From an uncultured Treponema sp. (GTDB lineage: Bacteria > Spirochaetota > Spirochaetia > Treponematales > Treponemataceae), in NCBI GenBank assembly GCA_937885175.1, contig CAKZZO010000063.1, positions 3,700-67,699 on the forward strand: a stretch of DNA of 64,000 bases. Direction: 5' to 3'. Below the pieces are notes generated by a model. That model was given only the letters and a program-made list of their open reading frames with translations. It was not told the origin of the DNA and did no database searches. The position numbers and the translations under genes were made by a program. Shown here one piece after another: positions 44,983 to 55,521 of the stretch. Position 1 is the stretch's first letter. Each line of letters starts with the position of its first letter.

Positions 44983-47888
44983 GATTTTGTCTTTGTGTGC
45001 CAGGGGCTTTTTGTCATAATCTGCTTCGGCTTTTTGTGCTTTTGGGTGCCTTTCTGCTGGTGCAGCCTCTTTTTGCCAAGGGTGGCGTGATGAGCGGGGC
45101 GGGTAGGCTTGCCGTAATCCGAACGCAGTATTTTGACATTATCTATCCGGAGGAGTGCCTTGAGGCGGCGGAGAAAATTGCTCTTGTGGCTGACGGCTAC
45201 TACGAGGAGATTGCTTCCCTTCTTGATACGGATTGCAGGATTCGCTTTCCGGTTTCGATTACCCGCTCGGTGGAGACGACCAACGGCTATTTTACCGTTG
45301 CCCCCTACAATGCCATTGTGATTCAGTATACACCGCCGGAAATTTCCCTGGATCAAAACAGCGATTCCCTGACGGCGGTCTTTTACCATGAACTTACCCA
45401 TGCTCTTTCCACCAACATGAAAAACGGATTCAGCCGCTTTGTGGCAGCCGTCTTTGGTGACTGGTTTGCGCCGGCGGGCTTTTTGCAGACCAGTTTTATG
45501 CACGAGGGAACGGCGGTCTCTTTTGAAAGCCTGAAGGGAGAAGGACGGGTGCATGACCCCTACAGCAGGCTTTTGGTGGTGCAGGCCAAAGTGGACGGCC
45601 GTTTTCCTGACTGGCGCGATGTGACGGGAGCAAGGGATATTTTTCCCGGCGGAACGGATGCCTATGCCTTTGGCGCACTTTTCTGCCGCTACCTGCAGGA
45701 AAAATACGGCATGGAAAAATATGCTGAGTTTTGGAAGACAACGGGCAGCCTGCATGGTTTTAAGTCCAGTATCAAAAAGACCTACGGAAAGCCAGTGTCT
45801 GAAATCTGGGAAGATTTTGAAGCCTGGGTGGGCATTCCTGAGGTGACGCCCGCTGTTTCCCCTGAGCATGGAACGGCGGACTTTTTTGTGTATGCTGGGC
45901 TTGAAAGGGCAGGAGATGATGGCTTTTCCAAAACAAACAGCCGCCGCTCTGTCTTTAAGTGCATTGCTGCATCAGCATACGGTCTGTCCTGGTTTGAGTC
46001 CAAGACGGGGGCAGTCTGGTATGCGCCTGTGGTTGATGGCAGGGTGCAAAAGCCAAAAAAAATCTTTACCTGCGGGGCGGTTTCTCGCCTGTGCCTTTCC
46101 GATGACGGTGCATGGCTTTTGGTAAGTTACCTGAAGGCGGACAGAAGGGCAAAAGCAAGCCTTGCCCTGTACGACATAGAGCGAAAAAAACTGCATGCGC
46201 TTTCCATACCCTCGGTTCGGGACGGGGGCTTTGTGAGGGGAGCAGGGGGAGACTTGCAGTTTGCCTGTGTGAATATCTCCAGTGACGAACTTTCTCTTGA
46301 TTTCTATGCAGTGGAGGGGGAAAAGTCTGTCTTGCAAGCAAAACACGCTTCACCAGTAAAACGCATAGCCTTTTTTCCGGATGAGCAGCCTTTTAGTCCG
46401 ACTCTTTCTGAAAGGGGCGGGCTTTCCTGCATTGTCAAAAAAGGCATGGACTGGCATATTCGCCTTTATGAACAGGATGGAAAATATCGTGAATACGGCA
46501 GGCAAAGGACAATCCTCCACAATTTGCAAGGCATGCTTTTATCAGACGGCCGCCTTGCCCTTACTTTTTCCTATGGGGAAGTGGGGGATAAGGCAATGCT
46601 TCCCCGCGGGGGGCTTTTGACGGTGAATCTGGACGGTTACGAAAGCAGTCTTGCCTTGCAGGACGATGATGTTTCTGGCGGTGTGCTGAATGCCGCTCTG
46701 CTTCCCGGTGAAGGGGAACGTTTTTTGTATGTGGCGGCCTTTTATGATACCCAACGGCTTATGGTTATGGATTTCGCAGCACGAAACGTTCTTCGGCATA
46801 CAGGAAGGGAGCCTGTCGCAAAGGGGGCTGACCTGCCAGAAAGCGCATCTCCTGTACAGACTCCAACTGCTTTTGACTCCGAGCCTGCCGCAATAGGGGA
46901 GCGGCTTTCCTATAATCCCTTCCGCTATTACCGCCGCAGCTTGCGCATACCCATTGGCATGGTAAAAAGTTACAGGCGCAGTGAACTTGACAGCTACACG
47001 TATGGCTATACGAATTTGGGAACGGCTTTTGTGGGGGCAACGCTGGCTTCCTCAACGCCATGGCAGGACGGCATACTTGCCCTGAGCGGCGGCTGGAATC
47101 CCTTTGACAAGAACGGTGGCGCCTGTCTTTCGGTCTCCGGCGGAAACGATATCTTTACCTACGCTGTAAACAGCAACCTGCTTTTTGACGGCTATGGCTT
47201 TATGCAGACGACGGAAGGACTTTCTCTTTCAAGGCTGCTCTACAGTCGCTTTGGCACTTCATTCACTGCGGGTGCAAACGGCGTCTACTTTTACGGTCAC
47301 GGAAATCATGGCGATAAAGATGACTGGTCGTCGCGGGCGCGGGGCTATGTGCAGCTTTCAACCGTCAGAAAAATGTCCCCCCGCTATGGAGATTTTTGCG
47401 GACTGACTTTTCAGCCTTTTGTCCTTTGGGAAAGAATCAGCAGTCATTATGTGAATGCAGGCGCGTCTTTAGTCCTTAGGATTCCGGGCATTTTTCCCCT
47501 GTCGCTTACGGCAAGTCTCTTTCCTTCTTCAAGTTATTTTGCTTCTGCGGGGGCAACGGTCTACCTCTTTAGCTGGGAAGTGCAGAAGGGAATACCCCTT
47601 GCCCTTTATATTGACCGCTTTTATCTGACAGCGGCTTACAGCGGAAAATTTTCCTATCAAGCAAAAGATTATTTTGACATAGGACGGACGGTAGACCTTG
47701 CCCGCAATCTGTCCAAAAGCGATTACAGTGATTTGATACAGTTGCGGCTGGCTGCCGTGGCTTCTGTGAATGCGGGAGTGCTTTCCCGGCTGTCGTTTGA
47801 TGCGGGCATCGCCCTGCAGTACCGGCCAAATCCGCGGCCAAACGAAAAGAAAATTGCCGCGGGAGTGAGTGCACTTCTTGTCTACTAG
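44979..47888 (+). CDS. Large secreted protein with N-terminal HExxH metalloprotease-like motif
   Basis: 969 aa. ATGA overlap with the hexokinase stop. Signal peptide (...LLVQPLFA), VFYHELTHAL, a long beta-rich middle region, and a C-terminus ending ...GVSALLVY (aromatic terminal residue, OMP-like). Confidence 0.6.
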   Translation: MRFCLCVPGAFCHNLLRLFVLLGAFLLVQPLFAKGGVMSGAGRLAVIRTQYFDIIYPEECLEAAEKIALVADGYYEEIASLLDTDCRIRFPVSITRSVETTNGYFTVAPYNAIVIQYTPPEISLDQNSDSLTAVFYHELTHALSTNMKNGFSRFVAAVFGDWFAPAGFLQTSFMHEGTAVSFESLKGEGRVHDPYSRLLVVQAKVDGRFPDWRDVTGARDIFPGGTDAYAFGALFCRYLQEKYGMEKYAEFWKTTGSLHGFKSSIKKTYGKPVSEIWEDFEAWVGIPEVTPAVSPEHGTADFFVYAGLERAGDDGFSKTNSRRSVFKCIAASAYGLSWFESKTGAVWYAPVVDGRVQKPKKIFTCGAVSRLCLSDDGAWLLVSYLKADRRAKASLALYDIERKKLHALSIPSVRDGGFVRGAGGDLQFACVNISSDELSLDFYAVEGEKSVLQAKHASPVKRIAFFPDEQPFSPTLSERGGLSCIVKKGMDWHIRLYEQDGKYREYGRQRTILHNLQGMLLSDGRLALTFSYGEVGDKAMLPRGGLLTVNLDGYESSLALQDDDVSGGVLNAALLPGEGERFLYVAAFYDTQRLMVMDFAARNVLRHTGREPVAKGADLPESASPVQTPTAFDSEPAAIGERLSYNPFRYYRRSLRIPIGMVKSYRRSELDSYTYGYTNLGTAFVGATLASSTPWQDGILALSGGWNPFDKNGGACLSVSGGNDIFTYAVNSNLLFDGYGFMQTTEGLSLSRLLYSRFGTSFTAGANGVYFYGHGNHGDKDDWSSRARGYVQLSTVRKMSPRYGDFCGLTFQPFVLWERISSHYVNAGASLVLRIPGIFPLSLTASLFPSSSYFASAGATVYLFSWEVQKGIPLALYIDRFYLTAAYSGKFSYQAKDYFDIGRTVDLARNLSKSDYSDLIQLRLAAVASVNAGVLSRLSFDAGIALQYRPNPRPNEKKIAAGVSALLVY

Positions 47889-47933
47889 CGAAAAATGGTG
47901 TATACTGACAGAAACGTTTCTAGGGGATAAAAA

Positions 47934-48563
47934 GTGGCGCAGGGTAACGGACTGGGAAAATCAATCGTTCTTCTGATTTTAATCATTATTATGATTTTGG
48001 GCGGACTTTTGTGGTTCGATTATCTTGGTGTGATTAACGCAAAAAAAGTCTTTGCGCCCGCCTACAAACTCATTGGCTTAAAGCCGCAGACTTCCACGAC
48101 CGCCTCATCATCTAAGCCCTTGATTGCAGACCTTGATGACGACCGCCTTGCCAAACGTCTTGAAGCACTGGATATCCGCACTCAGGAACTGGACAAGCGT
48201 GAGGGTGACATTTCCAAGGGAGAAACCCAGTACGATGCCGTCATGCAGGAACTGGAAGACAGGCGCAAGGCTCTGGAAGAAAGGGAAGCAACCTTTCAGG
48301 CGCAGCTACAAAAATACGATGACCGGGATGCGGAACTTGCAAAAATTGCGTCATACTGGTACAACATGCCTCCAAAAACCGCTGTAGCAGAAATCGACAA
48401 GATGGAAGATCAGGATGTCATTGACGTGTTCCGCAAGGAAGACGAACTTGCTGCCCTTGGCCGCCGTGCATCCATGGTTTCCGTTTGGTTTATGAATATG
48501 GATCCTGAGCGGGCGGCACGTCTTCAGCGCAAGATGACCAATAAACCCCAAGCCTTGGATTAA
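47934..48563 (+). CDS. flbB: Periplasmic-flagellum collar protein FlbB (MotE/MgtE-N-like)
   Basis: 209 aa from GTG 47934. N-terminal TM helix, coiled coil, and a C-terminal MPPKTAVAEIDKMEDQDVIDVF block. The position before fliK-flgD-flgE matches other spirochaetes. Confidence 0.7.
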   Translation: MAQGNGLGKSIVLLILIIIMILGGLLWFDYLGVINAKKVFAPAYKLIGLKPQTSTTASSSKPLIADLDDDRLAKRLEALDIRTQELDKREGDISKGETQYDAVMQELEDRRKALEEREATFQAQLQKYDDRDAELAKIASYWYNMPPKTAVAEIDKMEDQDVIDVFRKEDELAALGRRASMVSVWFMNMDPERAARLQRKMTNKPQALD

Positions 48564-48659
48564 ATTTCCCTTTTTGCGCAGTAAAAGCGTAAAAATCTCT
48601 TGCGATTTTCGTAAACACGAACCCCCAATCCTCCGATGTTCTAAGTGGAGGTCGTGCCG

Positions 48660-50096
48660 ATGCTTTCTTTACAATCGGTTCAAGGAGAACAGATTCAAGC
48701 GCACATACAATCATTACAGCCTCAAGCAAAGCAGTCAGCGGAAAAAAGTGAAAAGCCAGACTTTTCTTTTCTTGACTTGCTGAGGGAGCAAAAGGTTGAT
48801 GCTGGCGAAAAAACTGCTTCTTCCGTGAATGACGAGCACAAGGTACTTGAGCAACCGGAAAAAATTGCAGAAAAACTGGCAGAAAAAAGTCAGGACGATG
48901 CTGTTCAGGAAAAACTTCCGCAAGAGCAAAAGTCTCAGGTAAGTAAAAAAGATGAGCAGACAGAAAAAGTGCTGGCGGAGGATGCTGTTGACGGGCAGAA
49001 GATTTCGCTTCTTGCAGCGGAAATGCCAGCACAGATAGAGGCTCAGTTCAATAAAGTGTCTGCGGGGCAGGATGAAATGCCCGCTCTGTTCACCGAAATG
49101 GCGGCAGTCAAGGAAAAGTCAGCAGATGCCAGGCGGATTGATGCAGAAGGAAACAAGGCGGCATGGATGTATGCAGAATCTTCTGTGTCTGCTGAAGAAG
49201 TGTTGGACGAAGAGATTCCCGAAGATGCTCTTGCGGCCTTGCTGGATGAGTCTGCCTTTATTGTTCCTGAAATTGATACGGGTGACGACAGTGACTTGCT
49301 TGCAGCTCAGAATGTTGCAGTTGAAAAACCGGAAGTGTTTTTGAATGCCGCAGTCCGTGATTTTGCCTTTACGGAGGATGAACTTGCTTTTGATGACAAA
49401 AATTTCAAAGTCACTGGCCGCGACAAGACAAAGCCTCGTCTTGAAATTACTGATTTGCGCATGGTTCAGACCGAACAGACCCTTGAAACAGAAAATGCTG
49501 TAGAAAAGAGTCAGCAGAAAAATGGCGGGGATTTTGCTTTTGACAAGCCTAATGAGCCTAACCTGCAAATGACCATGGAACTTGCAGGCAATGTTGAGCA
49601 GAACATTACGTCTTCCTCAACGCAGACTGCCGCAGCAAACGGGTCAAATTTTCAGGCGATGCTCACCAACGCCATTCAGGACAATGCCCCTGATTTTGTA
49701 AAGGCTGGCAATATCGTTCTGCGTGACGGAAATCAGGGCTCAATCAATTTAATTTTGCGTCCTGAAGCGTTGGGAAATGTTAAGATTAGCCTTTCACTTT
49801 CCGATAAGGTAATTACCGGCCAGATTACGGTGCAGTCACAGGAAGCCTACAATGCCTTTAAGGACAGCATTGAATCCCTCAAGGCGGCATTTGCTCAGAA
49901 TGGCTTTGAGGCACAGGGCTTTGACCTTCAGTTTGCCGGAAACCAGAATTTTGCCCAGAGTCAGCAGGAATGGCAGAATCCTGAATTTGCTATCCGTGCC
50001 AATCGCGCTTATGATGATTTGGTTCTGGATGAAACGATTGCAGTTGGTGCAGCTGTCTATGACGACACTGCATATGGAATAAATATAGTAGCCTAG
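48660..50096 (+). CDS. fliK: Flagellar hook-length control protein FliK (Tap1-like)
   Basis: ATG 48660 lies 8 nt after GGAGG. Acidic low-complexity N-terminal part and a conserved C-terminal FliK domain (GSINLILRPEALGNVKISLSLSDKVITGQITVQSQEAYNAFK). Confidence 0.75.
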   Translation: MLSLQSVQGEQIQAHIQSLQPQAKQSAEKSEKPDFSFLDLLREQKVDAGEKTASSVNDEHKVLEQPEKIAEKLAEKSQDDAVQEKLPQEQKSQVSKKDEQTEKVLAEDAVDGQKISLLAAEMPAQIEAQFNKVSAGQDEMPALFTEMAAVKEKSADARRIDAEGNKAAWMYAESSVSAEEVLDEEIPEDALAALLDESAFIVPEIDTGDDSDLLAAQNVAVEKPEVFLNAAVRDFAFTEDELAFDDKNFKVTGRDKTKPRLEITDLRMVQTEQTLETENAVEKSQQKNGGDFAFDKPNEPNLQMTMELAGNVEQNITSSSTQTAAANGSNFQAMLTNAIQDNAPDFVKAGNIVLRDGNQGSINLILRPEALGNVKISLSLSDKVITGQITVQSQEAYNAFKDSIESLKAAFAQNGFEAQGFDLQFAGNQNFAQSQQEWQNPEFAIRANRAYDDLVLDETIAVGAAVYDDTAYGINIVA

Positions 50097-50111
50097 TAGA
50101 GGAGTGTAGAG

Positions 50112-50594
50112 ATGGAAGTGCAGTCCGCCGTTAATTCGACACCAATCAGCCAAATGAACTGGCAGATGGATGCCGCAGACAAGTTTAAGCTTGACACGCA
50201 GGTAAAGGCAATCAATAAGCAGATTGACGCGGAACGAGGGCGTGCGGCAAGCCATGAGCTGGGAAAGGATGACTTCCTCAAGCTCCTTATTACGCAGATG
50301 TCCAATCAGGATCCGCTGAGCCCCATGGAGAATACTGAATTCATCGCCCAGATGGCTCAGTTTTCTTCACTGGAGCAGATGACCAACATGAGCCAGAACT
50401 TTGAGCGTCTCAGCACGATGATGAACACGACTGCCGCAACAAATACGATTGGCCGTGCAGTGGAAATCGACTTGGGCGATACAACGACAACTGGCATTGT
50501 GGAGGCGGTTACTCGTGAAGCCGCTCCCCAGGTAAAGGTAAACGGACAGCTGTATGATATGGAACGGGTAAAAGCCGTCTATGGCGTACAATAA
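50112..50594 (+). CDS. flgD: Flagellar hook capping/assembly protein FlgD
   Basis: 160 aa. LGKDDFLKLLITQMSNQDPLSPMENTEFIAQMAQFSSLEQ is the FlgD signature. Confidence 0.88.
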   Translation: MEVQSAVNSTPISQMNWQMDAADKFKLDTQVKAINKQIDAERGRAASHELGKDDFLKLLITQMSNQDPLSPMENTEFIAQMAQFSSLEQMTNMSQNFERLSTMMNTTAATNTIGRAVEIDLGDTTTTGIVEAVTREAAPQVKVNGQLYDMERVKAVYGVQ

Positions 50595-50649
50595 CAAAGA
50601 ACGGAATGCGTTCAAAAAGTAAAACAGGTTTTAATTAGAGGGTAGCTAT

Positions 50650-52041
50650 ATGATGAGATCACTTTATTCAGGCGTTTCGGGATTGCAGAATCACCAGACT
50701 CGCATGGACGTTATCGGTAACAACATCGCTAACGTGAACACCTACGGCTTTAAGCGCGGCCGCGTTGACTTTCAGGACATGATTAGTCAGCAGTTGAGCG
50801 GCGCTGCAAAACCAACCACCGAAGTTGGCGGCGTAAACCCCAAGGAAGTGGGATTGGGTATGACAGTGGCGGCAATCGACACCATTTTTACGCAGGGTAA
50901 CTTGCAGTCAACTGGTGTTTCAACCGACTTGGCAATTCAGGGAAACGGCTTCTTCATCGAAAAGAACGGTGAAAAGTCATACTACACCCGCGCCGGTGCC
51001 TTTAGCCTGGACAATGAAGGCACGCTGGTAAATCCGGCAAACGGCTACCGCATTCAGGGGTGGATGGCACGTACTATTGACGGCGAGCAGGTTCTCCGTA
51101 CCTCAGCATCTCCTGAAGACTTGATTATTCCTGTTGGCTCAAAAGACCCGGCAAAGGCAACCTCAAACGTAAACTTTGCCTGCAACTTGAACAAGAATAC
51201 CCCGGAAATTCCCGAAGGGGCAAACGAAGCCGACATAATGAAGGGAACCTGGGCAACCGAGTTCAATATCTACGACAGTTTCGGTAACAAGCACAACCTT
51301 TCTGTGGCCTTTACCCGCGTACCGGGAAATCCCAACCAGTGGGTTGCCGCAGTGCAGGTTGACCCCGAATATGCCGAAGAACGTGAGACCCGCATCGGTC
51401 TGGGAACAACAGACGGCATGGGCACCACCTTTACGATTAACTTTGACAACAACGGAATCCTTTCTTCCGTAACGGACAGCGCAGGAAACAATTCAAACCC
51501 GGAAGGCGAGATTATCCTGCAGGCTTCATACAATGTACCTGAGTCAAATCCTAACGAGGACGGAACTCCCTACCGCCAGACCTTCAATCTGAATCTGGGA
51601 ACCATCGGCAGCATGATTAACACCGTTACCCAAAGCGCGTCAACAAGTTCAACCAAGGCCTTCTATCAGGACGGCTATACATTGGGCTACCTTGACAACT
51701 TTAAGATTGACTCAAGCGGAATCATCACAGGTGTGTATTCAAACGGAACCAACCGCACGATTGGTCAGATAGCACTGGCAACCTTTACCAATCAGGGCGG
51801 TCTTGAAAAGGCTGGAAACAACACCTATGTGGAAAGCAACAACTCCGGCATTGCCAATGTGGGCGTGAGCGGAATTGCCGGCAAGGGCTCAATGTTGGCA
51901 GGTACTTTGGAAATGTCAAACGTTGACTTGAGCGAGCAGTTCACTGACATGATTGTGACACAGCGCGGCTTCCAGTCAAACGCAAAGACAATCCAGACAG
52001 CGGATACGCTGCTTGATACCGTTATTAACTTAAAGCGTTAA
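50650..52041 (+). CDS. flgE: Flagellar hook protein FlgE
   Basis: 463 aa. [35 protein letters not shown] at the N-terminus and [36 protein letters not shown] at the C-terminus. Confidence 0.93.
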   Translation: MMRSLYSGVSGLQNHQTRMDVIGNNIANVNTYGFKRGRVDFQDMISQQLSGAAKPTTEVGGVNPKEVGLGMTVAAIDTIFTQGNLQSTGVSTDLAIQGNGFFIEKNGEKSYYTRAGAFSLDNEGTLVNPANGYRIQGWMARTIDGEQVLRTSASPEDLIIPVGSKDPAKATSNVNFACNLNKNTPEIPEGANEADIMKGTWATEFNIYDSFGNKHNLSVAFTRVPGNPNQWVAAVQVDPEYAEERETRIGLGTTDGMGTTFTINFDNNGILSSVTDSAGNNSNPEGEIILQASYNVPESNPNEDGTPYRQTFNLNLGTIGSMINTVTQSASTSSTKAFYQDGYTLGYLDNFKIDSSGIITGVYSNGTNRTIGQIALATFTNQGGLEKAGNNTYVESNNSGIANVGVSGIAGKGSMLAGTLEMSNVDLSEQFTDMIVTQRGFQSNAKTIQTADTLLDTVINLKR

Positions 52042-52073
52042 TATAGACCCTCTACAAATCATTTAAAAATGTA

Positions 52074-52108
52074 AATCCCTGCGGAAGTTTTTCGCGGGGA
52101 TTTTTTTT
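52074..52108 (+). terminator. Rho-independent terminator after flgE
   Basis: 10-bp stem AATCCCTGCG/CGCGGGGATT (one G-U pair), a 9-nt loop, then a T8 run. Begins 33 nt after the flgE stop. Confidence 0.75.
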
Positions 52109-52132
52109 CCCTGACATGTTACCCTTGCAGAT

Positions 52133-52161
52133 TTGCCACTTTAGCAAGAAAATGGTATACT
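52133..52161 (+). promoter_or_regulatory. Sigma70-like promoter TTGCCA-N17-TATACT
   Basis: -35 at 52133-38 and -10 at 52156-61, ~32 nt upstream of ATG 52193. Confidence 0.4.
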
Positions 52162-52192
52162 GCCTTTACTTTTTGTATGGGAGTTTTTTTTC

Positions 52193-54532
52193 ATGAAGCA
52201 GTACCGTATGAACATTGCAACATTCTGTGCTCTTGTATTTTTGCTGACTGCCTGTATTCAGAATACGCCCTATCCTACGGAGGTAAAGGAAGAACTTCCC
52301 GCCATGCCGCTTGCTGACCGCCTTAAAAACACTGAACTGGGCGGTACCATCAATTTGGAAAGCGATATTACAGAACTCTCAGAAAGCGAAAGTGTCTCTG
52401 TTCCCCGGTCAATGACGATTACTGGGGCAGAAGAAAACCCCTATGACATGAAGGGCATTAAAATCATCGTGAACTATAGGGGAACGGTGCTGAAAAACCT
52501 CAAGAATGTTTCTGAGCTTGTGATTGCGGAGACGGTGAAGGACGGTAGCTTTACCATGGAAAACTGTCAGGTGGCAAAAGTGACCCTTTTGGGCGGTGGT
52601 TCCAATTCCATTCATTTTCTTTCCTCCATGATTCAACGGCTGATTGTTGACTATGCGGATGTGCGGGTCATGCTGGAAAAAGAATCCAAAGTGACTTTTA
52701 TGCGTGTAAGGAAAAACTGCTCTATAGGTGCGTCAGAAGATGTCTATGGAACGGTAAGCACCATGTATGTGGACAAAACCGTTTCCGTAGTCACGCTGTC
52801 TGAATGCATGGCCATTACATCTGTTCTTACACGCTCTGTCAGTGGCGAGAATTCGCGGCCCCTCATTGCGTGCAAGGATACGGCGCCATTGATTTCTGAG
52901 GGAGCGGACAGGGATGATAATGGCAATGTTACCCCGCTGCGGGTGCAAAATGCCCTTGCTGAAGAAGTCGCTCAAGATGAAATTGACCTTCTTTCCGAAA
53001 ATGCCGTGAGCGATATAATAGCAGAATTGGAAAACGGTTCGTCTGCAGAAAGTTCAGGCGACTCCACGGGCGATATACGTATTGATAATCCGGGTGCCAT
53101 TACGCTGAGGTCAACCCGTTCTGCAATTACCGTAAAAATGACTGTTCCAGACCCGGCGAACCACGTAAACATCTATCGGGCAGAATATGGCAGCGAAAAC
53201 TGGTATTATGTCGGCTCCGTTGAGACTGCTTCAGGCCGCCCCCTGCCGGCTACCCTTGCCTTTAATGACTATTATGTGGTTGGCGGTAAAAGTTACAGCT
53301 ATTATGCCGACTTTATTTCAGACTTTGCGAATTATTCAATTCTAAAAACTGAGACAGACTCCATTACGGCAGCAGGCGGGGAAGGGCTTTTGGAAATTAC
53401 AAACAAAATTACTGTTTCCAGTTCCGGCAACATGAAACTCTGGCTGGATAAAGAACCTGAACTAACCAAAGTGGTGAATGGTGACCTTGTTTCCCAGTCC
53501 GTGGCTGCCTACTTTAAGCCTGCAACAGACAAGGTAACGAGTACAATTGTTGCATCTTCTCGTTATGGCAGCGTGCAGTTTGAAGACCGGGAAAGCAAAA
53601 TCTGGCGGTGTATTTCTCGGAGCCATTTAGGAAAGCCCATGAATGTTGTGGCGATAAAAGTGAATGTAGTACAAAGCGTAAAGGACATGAAATACATATG
53701 GGCATCGCTTCCTAAGGCGGTAGAGACAGGAGATGGTTTTACCGGCGGCATGATAGCGGCTTTTCCGAATGATTATCCCCTTTTTGTTTCTGATGCCATA
53801 CAGGGAATTTCCCTCAAACTAAGGCTGGGAAATGCCGTAGACGCGTCTCTTGTACAGCAGATTGAAGTGCAGGTGAATCGGCGGAATTCACAGGAATTTG
53901 TTACTATCCTTCCGCTGACGGACACTGCGGCCTTCCTTTCCGACACTGAATTGCAGTTTAAGGAGAGTCATGTAGCGGAGGGTCAAAATATACAAGTCAA
54001 GGCCGTATGTAAGACCTATGATGAGGATACGCAGCTCTATACAAGCATCGCTCAGTTTTCGATGAATTATACGCCAAAGACTGGCTCGGGTAATCCTGAG
54101 ATTTCAAATGCTTTTGCCTTTACCTATGATGATGAGGCACAGCAAATACTTGTCGCCGCTGATTCGGACGAATGGTTTACCCAGGCCGATATTTTTAGCG
54201 ATACCTTTGATTTTGTCGTAAATGGCGAGACTGTTTCCTTGGAGCCGGACAGCCTTTGTCCTGAGCTTGTCTTTACGGATGAAAGCTATTCCTTTAAGCG
54301 AATTTGCAGTCTTTCTCCTGTAACGCTTGATGATGAAAGGATATATCGGCTGGACATGCTCTCTTCCCTCAATGCATATGCAGGCCAAAGTCTGTCAATT
54401 GCAGGGATGCAGACCCGGGCGACTTGTTCCAATGAAAACTACCGTGTCCATTACATCCCCTTTGCTCTGCCTACCACTTTAGTTTCTAATCTCCCGAAAA
54501 CCTTTGTAGTGAACGCGGTGGAAACAGACTGA
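52193..54532 (+). CDS. Large lipoprotein of unknown function
   Basis: 779 aa. Signal peptide with lipobox VFLLTAC. Beta-rich, Ig/Fn3-like character. No catalytic motif recognised. Confidence 0.6.
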   Translation: MKQYRMNIATFCALVFLLTACIQNTPYPTEVKEELPAMPLADRLKNTELGGTINLESDITELSESESVSVPRSMTITGAEENPYDMKGIKIIVNYRGTVLKNLKNVSELVIAETVKDGSFTMENCQVAKVTLLGGGSNSIHFLSSMIQRLIVDYADVRVMLEKESKVTFMRVRKNCSIGASEDVYGTVSTMYVDKTVSVVTLSECMAITSVLTRSVSGENSRPLIACKDTAPLISEGADRDDNGNVTPLRVQNALAEEVAQDEIDLLSENAVSDIIAELENGSSAESSGDSTGDIRIDNPGAITLRSTRSAITVKMTVPDPANHVNIYRAEYGSENWYYVGSVETASGRPLPATLAFNDYYVVGGKSYSYYADFISDFANYSILKTETDSITAAGGEGLLEITNKITVSSSGNMKLWLDKEPELTKVVNGDLVSQSVAAYFKPATDKVTSTIVASSRYGSVQFEDRESKIWRCISRSHLGKPMNVVAIKVNVVQSVKDMKYIWASLPKAVETGDGFTGGMIAAFPNDYPLFVSDAIQGISLKLRLGNAVDASLVQQIEVQVNRRNSQEFVTILPLTDTAAFLSDTELQFKESHVAEGQNIQVKAVCKTYDEDTQLYTSIAQFSMNYTPKTGSGNPEISNAFAFTYDDEAQQILVAADSDEWFTQADIFSDTFDFVVNGETVSLEPDSLCPELVFTDESYSFKRICSLSPVTLDDERIYRLDMLSSLNAYAGQSLSIAGMQTRATCSNENYRVHYIPFALPTTLVSNLPKTFVVNAVETD

Positions 54533-55471
54533 TTACTGTATCTTGTGCCAGAGCATGCGGTTGTCTATAATCTCATAGGCGATTCTGCCGTCTTCGTAGA
54601 GGCTGGAAAGATAGGAGCGCACGGTGCTGCCAATCAGTTCAAACTGACTTACTTTAAGCGGTATTTGATTTCGGTCTGCCACGGCTTTTAAAAGTTCCTC
54701 AAAAGTGAGGGGAGTGGCAAGTTCATCTTCAATCATTGCCTCGGTTTCCAGCACCGCAATCATGTTCAGTTCCACCAAGCCTTCAATGTCCGTCACCAAA
54801 TCCCCGTGTCCCGGAATGTAATAATCCGCCTTGATTTCCTTGATTTTTAAAAGCGACTCCCTGAATTTCTTTTCGTTAAAGAGATATTGAATCCAGTAGC
54901 GTTTAATTACATTGCGTCCTGATATGCCGTCTGCAAGGAAACAGGCTTTTTTGCCTTCACAATCATCGCTTACAAGCATGGCGGCCATGTCGATGTAGTG
55001 GCCGGGCAGGAAAATAGGGGTCAGGGTAAGGCCATCACAAAGGGAAAGCCTTTCTTCTGTCAGGATACGGTCTACATTACAGGGGTCAGCCTTGAGGTAT
55101 TTTGATTCGATGTCTTTTATGGGAGAGCCGCCGTACACCAGTGCAGACTGCAGAATGGGAAGTTCCATGAGCACCGATTCGCCTTTTGTTGCCCAAATTT
55201 CACAGCCGCTTTCCTCCTGCAAAAATACATTTCCGCCGCAGTGGTCTGCATGGGAGTGGGTGTTGATGATGGCAAGAAGTTTTGGCTCAGGGAATATTTG
55301 CTGCAAGCGTTCCCACAGGTATTTGATGAGTACCAGCGTATTCGGTGTGTCGATGAGCCACAAAAGCGTTTCCTTTCCCTGCGGCATGGTAATCACTCCG
55401 ATATTTGTTGCCCCTACAAAATAGCCGATGTGGGCGGTCAACTGTACAAAATCCAAACCTGTCGTCGTCAT
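54533..55471 (-). CDS. MBL-fold metallo-hydrolase
   Basis: 312 aa. INTHSHADHCGG (HxHxDH motif) plus downstream His/Asp ligands (LPGHYID, IPGHGD). Confidence 0.8.
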   Translation of the reverse strand: MTTTGLDFVQLTAHIGYFVGATNIGVITMPQGKETLLWLIDTPNTLVLIKYLWERLQQIFPEPKLLAIINTHSHADHCGGNVFLQEESGCEIWATKGESVLMELPILQSALVYGGSPIKDIESKYLKADPCNVDRILTEERLSLCDGLTLTPIFLPGHYIDMAAMLVSDDCEGKKACFLADGISGRNVIKRYWIQYLFNEKKFRESLLKIKEIKADYYIPGHGDLVTDIEGLVELNMIAVLETEAMIEDELATPLTFEELLKAVADRNQIPLKVSQFELIGSTVRSYLSSLYEDGRIAYEIIDNRMLWHKIQ

Positions 55472-55521
55472 GGTTTTAGTATAGCAAAAAGATACCTTTT
55501 TTCATAGTTCTGTGATATACT

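Noticed and set aside
44345-45869. Minus-strand ORFs of 181 and 316 aa opposite the hexokinase and HExxH-protein genes
   Set aside because: The products are Arg/Pro/His-rich with no motifs or signals. The plus-strand genes are well supported.
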